Below the pieces are notes generated by a model. The model ran no database searches. It saw only the letters and a list, made by a program, of their open reading frames with translations, and was not told where the DNA came from. DNA of 64,000 nucleotides from an uncultured cyanobacterium (GTDB lineage Bacteria > Cyanobacteriota > Cyanobacteriia > Cyanobacteriales > CAWCAG01), in the NCBI GenBank assembly GCA_963803805.1, contig CAWDOD010000002.1, positions 1,120,001 to 1,184,000 of the forward strand, written 5' to 3'. This document shows, in pieces, positions 60,112-64,000 of the stretch (positions are counted from its first letter, which is position 1; each line of letters starts with the position of its first letter). Made by a program: the position numbers and the translations under genes.

Positions 60112-62142
60112 TCAGTTATCAAGGTGATATGTATTTTGTTTTGCTAAGGCAGCTAAGGCAGCTTTGATGACGAAGTAGTAAGGGGAACTTCTACCCACAT
60201 TAACTTCTTGGGCATCATCTCTGGTTATACCAAGGAGGGCTGTGGTTTTCCCTTTACTAACTGCAAGGACTTTTCCTTGGGGATTTTTGATTCTCAATTC
60301 GTTTACTGATTCCCAGAGACTACAGCTATAGAAGCGGCCTTTATAGCTAAATTGGGCTTTTTGAGTGGCAGAAGTTTGAGTTAACCCTTGAGAGGCGGTT
60401 GAACTAGGAAGCCGGATACCGACAATTTCTAACTCTACATTAGTTTTACCATTCCAGTGATTTTCCTTTAGCTTATAAGCTACATCAAGGCGGGAAGGGA
60501 CAGGAAAATATTCTCCCCAACGCCAGGCGATCGCCTTAATTGTTGAGGTTGGTTTGCCAGCATCTTCGGCTTCCCCTAGAACCAGTTTCAGATGTCCTTT
60601 GCCTTTACCAACTCTTTCTTGTTCTAAAACCCTCAAATTTGGTGTCCAGAAGACGGGGGCAGGGTTTTGGATTCCCCATGGTTGCAAACTATCAATTTGT
60701 TTGTATAAGTAAGCATTAATTTCCCCTAAATGTGCCTCCCCATCAATTTTGATTAAGGGTTTAAGGTGATCTGGTTCTAAAGATTGTTGGGCAAATTCAG
60801 CTAACTTAGCTTCAAAATCTGTTAAGTTCTCAGTAGCTAAGCTAAAGCCCCCAGCCGCTTTATGACCCCCAAATTTCCCTAAAAGAGGTTGGCAATATTG
60901 TAGGGCTTCAAAAATATCAAATTCAGGTATTCCCCTGGCTGATCCCCTAATTTTGGTGTCGTCATCTTCTTCGTAAGTACCAATAAAAACAGGTACACCA
61001 TAACGCTCTACTAAACGCGAAGCAACAATACCAATTACTCCATGATGCCAACCTGGTTGCACAATAACTAAAACTCGCTTTTTATACCAATCACTTTTTC
61101 TTTCTTTGAGGATGGTAATGGCTTGTTGTTCAATTTCTTCACAGAGAGTTTGCCGTTGACGGTTGATTTGTTCACATTGCATAGCCCTTTCTAAGGCGAT
61201 ACCTTCGTCGCTGGTAGTGAGAAGGTCAATAACAATTTGCGGGTCTGCTAAACGCCCAACAGCATTGATTCTGGGTCCTAAACGGAAACCAATATCATCA
61301 GGTTGTAGGGCTTTTTGTTCTTCACTTACCCCGGAAACTTGAATTAAGGCTTGTATTCCGGCTAATTGAGATTTGGGTAACATACGCAAACCCCGCTTTA
61401 ACCAACGACGGTTTACTCCTACTAAGGGGGCTAAGTCTGCGATAGTTCCTAAGGTGAATAGTTCTAATAATTGGTTGGTTAAACCTTTGAGTTGACCCAT
61501 TTCCTGGGCCGTAGTTATGGCTAAAATGTAAGCAACTCCTACTCCTGCTAAACCATAATAAGGAGAAGATTTAGGTAATAATTTAGGATTAAGAATAGCA
61601 TCGGCTTCTGGCAGTATGGCTGGCAAATCGTGGTGATCGGTAATAATTACACTTAAACCTAATTCCACTGCCCTAGCGATGGGTTCCACTGCCGAAATAC
61701 CATTATCTACGGTTAAAATTAACCCTACCCCCTCCTTAGCAAATTCTTCGACAATTCTATTATTGATGCCGTAACCATCTTTCATACGACTAGGAATGGC
61801 ATAACTCACCTCCGCCCCTAAATGTCCTAAAGCTCGCCATAACAAAGCGGTACTGGTCATACCATCGGCATCATAATCTCCACAAATAGCAATCTTCATT
61901 TCTTGGGCGATCGCCTCACAGATTAAATCAACGCTAATACCTAAGTCCGCAAATTCATCAATGGGGGGAGGCAAAACTTGGGATTCTGGGTCAATATAAA
62001 TTTCTGCTTGTTCCGGGGTTTTGATACTACGATTAATGACAACTTTAGCAAGGAGACTAGGTAAACCCGTCCCTTGAATGAGTTGAGAAACTTGTTCTGG
62101 GGAAGGGGAGGCAATTTGCCAGCGTTGGTTGGGTAATACCAT
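60112..62142 (-). CDS. recJ: Single-stranded DNA exonuclease RecJ
   Basis: GDYDADG, TVDNG, TDHH, PRINAVGRL, GSAR and GGHKAAGG. Confidence 0.96.
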   Translation of the reverse strand: MVLPNQRWQIASPSPEQVSQLIQGTGLPSLLAKVVINRSIKTPEQAEIYIDPESQVLPPPIDEFADLGISVDLICEAIAQEMKIAICGDYDADGMTSTALLWRALGHLGAEVSYAIPSRMKDGYGINNRIVEEFAKEGVGLILTVDNGISAVEPIARAVELGLSVIITDHHDLPAILPEADAILNPKLLPKSSPYYGLAGVGVAYILAITTAQEMGQLKGLTNQLLELFTLGTIADLAPLVGVNRRWLKRGLRMLPKSQLAGIQALIQVSGVSEEQKALQPDDIGFRLGPRINAVGRLADPQIVIDLLTTSDEGIALERAMQCEQINRQRQTLCEEIEQQAITILKERKSDWYKKRVLVIVQPGWHHGVIGIVASRLVERYGVPVFIGTYEEDDDTKIRGSARGIPEFDIFEALQYCQPLLGKFGGHKAAGGFSLATENLTDFEAKLAEFAQQSLEPDHLKPLIKIDGEAHLGEINAYLYKQIDSLQPWGIQNPAPVFWTPNLRVLEQERVGKGKGHLKLVLGEAEDAGKPTSTIKAIAWRWGEYFPVPSRLDVAYKLKENHWNGKTNVELEIVGIRLPSSTASQGLTQTSATQKAQFSYKGRFYSCSLWESVNELRIKNPQGKVLAVSKGKTTALLGITRDDAQEVNVGRSSPYYFVIKAALAALAKQNTYHLDN

Positions 62143-62324
62143 TCTTTAAAAGCGATGGGGCGAGTTGATTAATGAAGAAAAGGGGGAATGGGTAAAGGGT
62201 AAACGAGAAGACTGGTTCTTGATTATTGTTTCTTTGTTTTCGTTTTTTTGTCAATTGGTTTATTGTCTTAGTGAAGCAGGATAATGAATGATGAAATTCG
62301 GTGATCTTGCTTCCCCAATTCAAA

Positions 62325-63134
62325 ATGATTAAACTACCTCTAAGCCAAAAGACAATTTTAGTAACTCGTTCGGCTCAACAATCAACTACATTTACTAACC
62401 TTTTAGAAGAACAAGGGGCTGAAGTAGTTGAGATGCCCGCTTTGGAAATTATTCCTCCTTCTAGTTGGCAAGGTTTAGATGAGGCGATCGCACTTTTAAA
62501 AGATTTTGATTGGTTAATTCTGACTTCTGCTAATGGCGTAACTTACTTTTGTGATCGCCTTTTAAGTTTGGGAAAAAGTATTGAGGATTTGGCTGGGATC
62601 AAGATTGCTGTGGTAGGTAAAAAAACTTCTCAGTATCTTCAGAAACACAGTTTAAAACCTGATTTTATTCCCCCTGCTTATGTAGCGGATTCTTTAGTAG
62701 AAGAGTTTCCAGAATCTTTACAAGGTAAAAAAGTTCTTTTTCCGAGGGTAGAAACTGGAGGGCGAGAACTTTTAGTCGAGGCTTTAACTGAGGAAGGGGC
62801 AAAGGTTACAGAGGTTCCTGCTTATCAGTCTGCTTGTCCGAAAGAAATTCCTTCTTTAACCTTAAAGGCGATGAGACAGCGCAATATTGATATTGTTACA
62901 TTTGCTAGTTCTAAAACAGTCAAAAACTTCCACCGGCTTTTAAAGTCAAATTTTTTACCCGCAGAGTTAGATGATTTTCTTACCCAAATCATTATCGCTT
63001 CTATTGGCCCCCAAACCTCCCTTAGTTGCCAGGAAATTTTTAATCGGGTAGATATAGAAGCCCAAGAATATACATTAGAAGGTTTAACTCAAGGAATTGT
63101 AAGCTGGGTCACAGACAAAAGAAAACAGTCCTAA
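62325..63134 (+). CDS. hemD: Uroporphyrinogen-III synthase
   Basis: ILVTRS, LTSANGV, VGKKT, FASSKTV and SIGPQT. Start uncertain (GTG at 62301 or the downstream ATG). Confidence 0.92.
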   Translation: MIKLPLSQKTILVTRSAQQSTTFTNLLEEQGAEVVEMPALEIIPPSSWQGLDEAIALLKDFDWLILTSANGVTYFCDRLLSLGKSIEDLAGIKIAVVGKKTSQYLQKHSLKPDFIPPAYVADSLVEEFPESLQGKKVLFPRVETGGRELLVEALTEEGAKVTEVPAYQSACPKEIPSLTLKAMRQRNIDIVTFASSKTVKNFHRLLKSNFLPAELDDFLTQIIIASIGPQTSLSCQEIFNRVDIEAQEYTLEGLTQGIVSWVTDKRKQS

Positions 63135-63394
63135 ATACTACCTTATAAGGGAAGTTATTTACTTTATCAGTAATCAGTCATTTCACCGTTGGAGATATGT
63201 AAAAAGCAGGATGTGATAGTAGAGTTCTAAGATTTACACTTAATCCCAGGCAAACAGTCTGTTAATACTCTTGTGGTAGTTAAAGCTACTTTATTGAAAA
63301 TAATTGAGAAGTTGGTTTAAACTCAGGAATATTACTGAATAGGTCATAAAAATTGCTTACTCAAACCTTTCCCAAATCTACAAAATGAAAAGAC

Positions 63395-64000
63395 ATGAAT
63401 AATGACACTAGTTGGATATTCCAGCAACCCCGCAATCTCATCAGTGTTTATGTCTTACTTAGTAGTGTCTGGATATTACTCTTTGACTTTTTATTACAGC
63501 AATTAATAGATGACCTTGAATTATTAAGCCAAATACAAAGTGTAAGAAGCTGGATTTTTGTCTTTACTACAGGTTTGTTTGTTTATTTGTTGTTACGTTG
63601 GCGGCTAAAAAACAAAAAACTTCCGAAAATAGAAACACTCAATCAAGATTCTCATACCGTGCTTCAATTAATTAGTAATAATTCTGACCAATCCCTGAAA
63701 AATTCACCTGGAAACTCCAAAGTCAAGAAGCAAAATAAAAATAAGCTTACTGATTGCGAACAATTAGAAAATGAGCTTGAACGAGTTGCTTTTTACGATA
63801 ACTCAACAGGATTACCAAACAAAGCTTGGTTTTTGAAACACTTAGATAAGCTTCTCAAATCAGAAAAAAATCAAGATCAAAAAGTATTTGCTGTAGTTTT
63901 TATTAATCTAGATCGCTTCGCCACGATTAAATATAGTTTAGGTCATAAAATTGCTGAGCAGTTAATTGCTACCATCGCTAAAGAAATTCAAGGAATCTTG
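63395..64000 (+). CDS. Membrane-anchored GGDEF-domain protein, 3'-truncated by window
   Basis: The frame is open to the window end. Two TM segments are followed by AFYDNSTGLPNK..FAVVFINLDRFATIKYSLGH. Confidence 0.85.
   Translation, partial: MNNDTSWIFQQPRNLISVYVLLSSVWILLFDFLLQQLIDDLELLSQIQSVRSWIFVFTTGLFVYLLLRWRLKNKKLPKIETLNQDSHTVLQLISNNSDQSLKNSPGNSKVKKQNKNKLTDCEQLENELERVAFYDNSTGLPNKAWFLKHLDKLLKSEKNQDQKVFAVVFINLDRFATIKYSLGHKIAEQLIATIAKEIQGIL

Noticed and set aside
1327..62323. Many 60-140 aa antisense or nested ORFs in the track (e.g. 1887, 7617, 32173, 42281, 54782)
   Set aside because: They are shadows of well-supported genes and lack motifs or SD sequences.

Overview
Chromosomal window from a cyanobacterium (AT-rich; many HIP1 GCGATCGC octamers; psaD, psb30, rpaB, ycf54, bciB, crtR). 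It is mostly core genes: amidase, sucrose synthase, M32 carboxypeptidase, NurA-domain protein, ilvH, infC, radA/rpaB, msrP, trpE, rlpA, pepP, SNF2 helicase, pnp, cobO, ptrB, recJ and hemD, plus several kinases and transporters and one DUF433/DUF5615 toxin-antitoxin pair. I see no rRNA, tRNA, CRISPR array or intact transposase. Three ORFs are missing from the track: psb30, a 35-aa microprotein, and a GGDEF gene cut by the window end. The notable signals are small-scale. (1) Several tiny mobile elements, some nested: two TATAGC-ended MITEs, a 24-nt insertion exactly inside a HIP1 site, GTAG-type REP-like elements, and heptamer repeats at gene-truncation points. (2) A perfect 40-bp palindrome upstream of sucrose synthase. 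(3) Two structured leaders. (4) An uncharacterised NTT/MFS-HEAT transporter plus cNMP-binding gene pair, the best candidate for an undescribed system. Four otherwise intact genes, including pnp, carry single frameshifts that are most likely assembly indels. All family calls come from motif recognition, not database searches.
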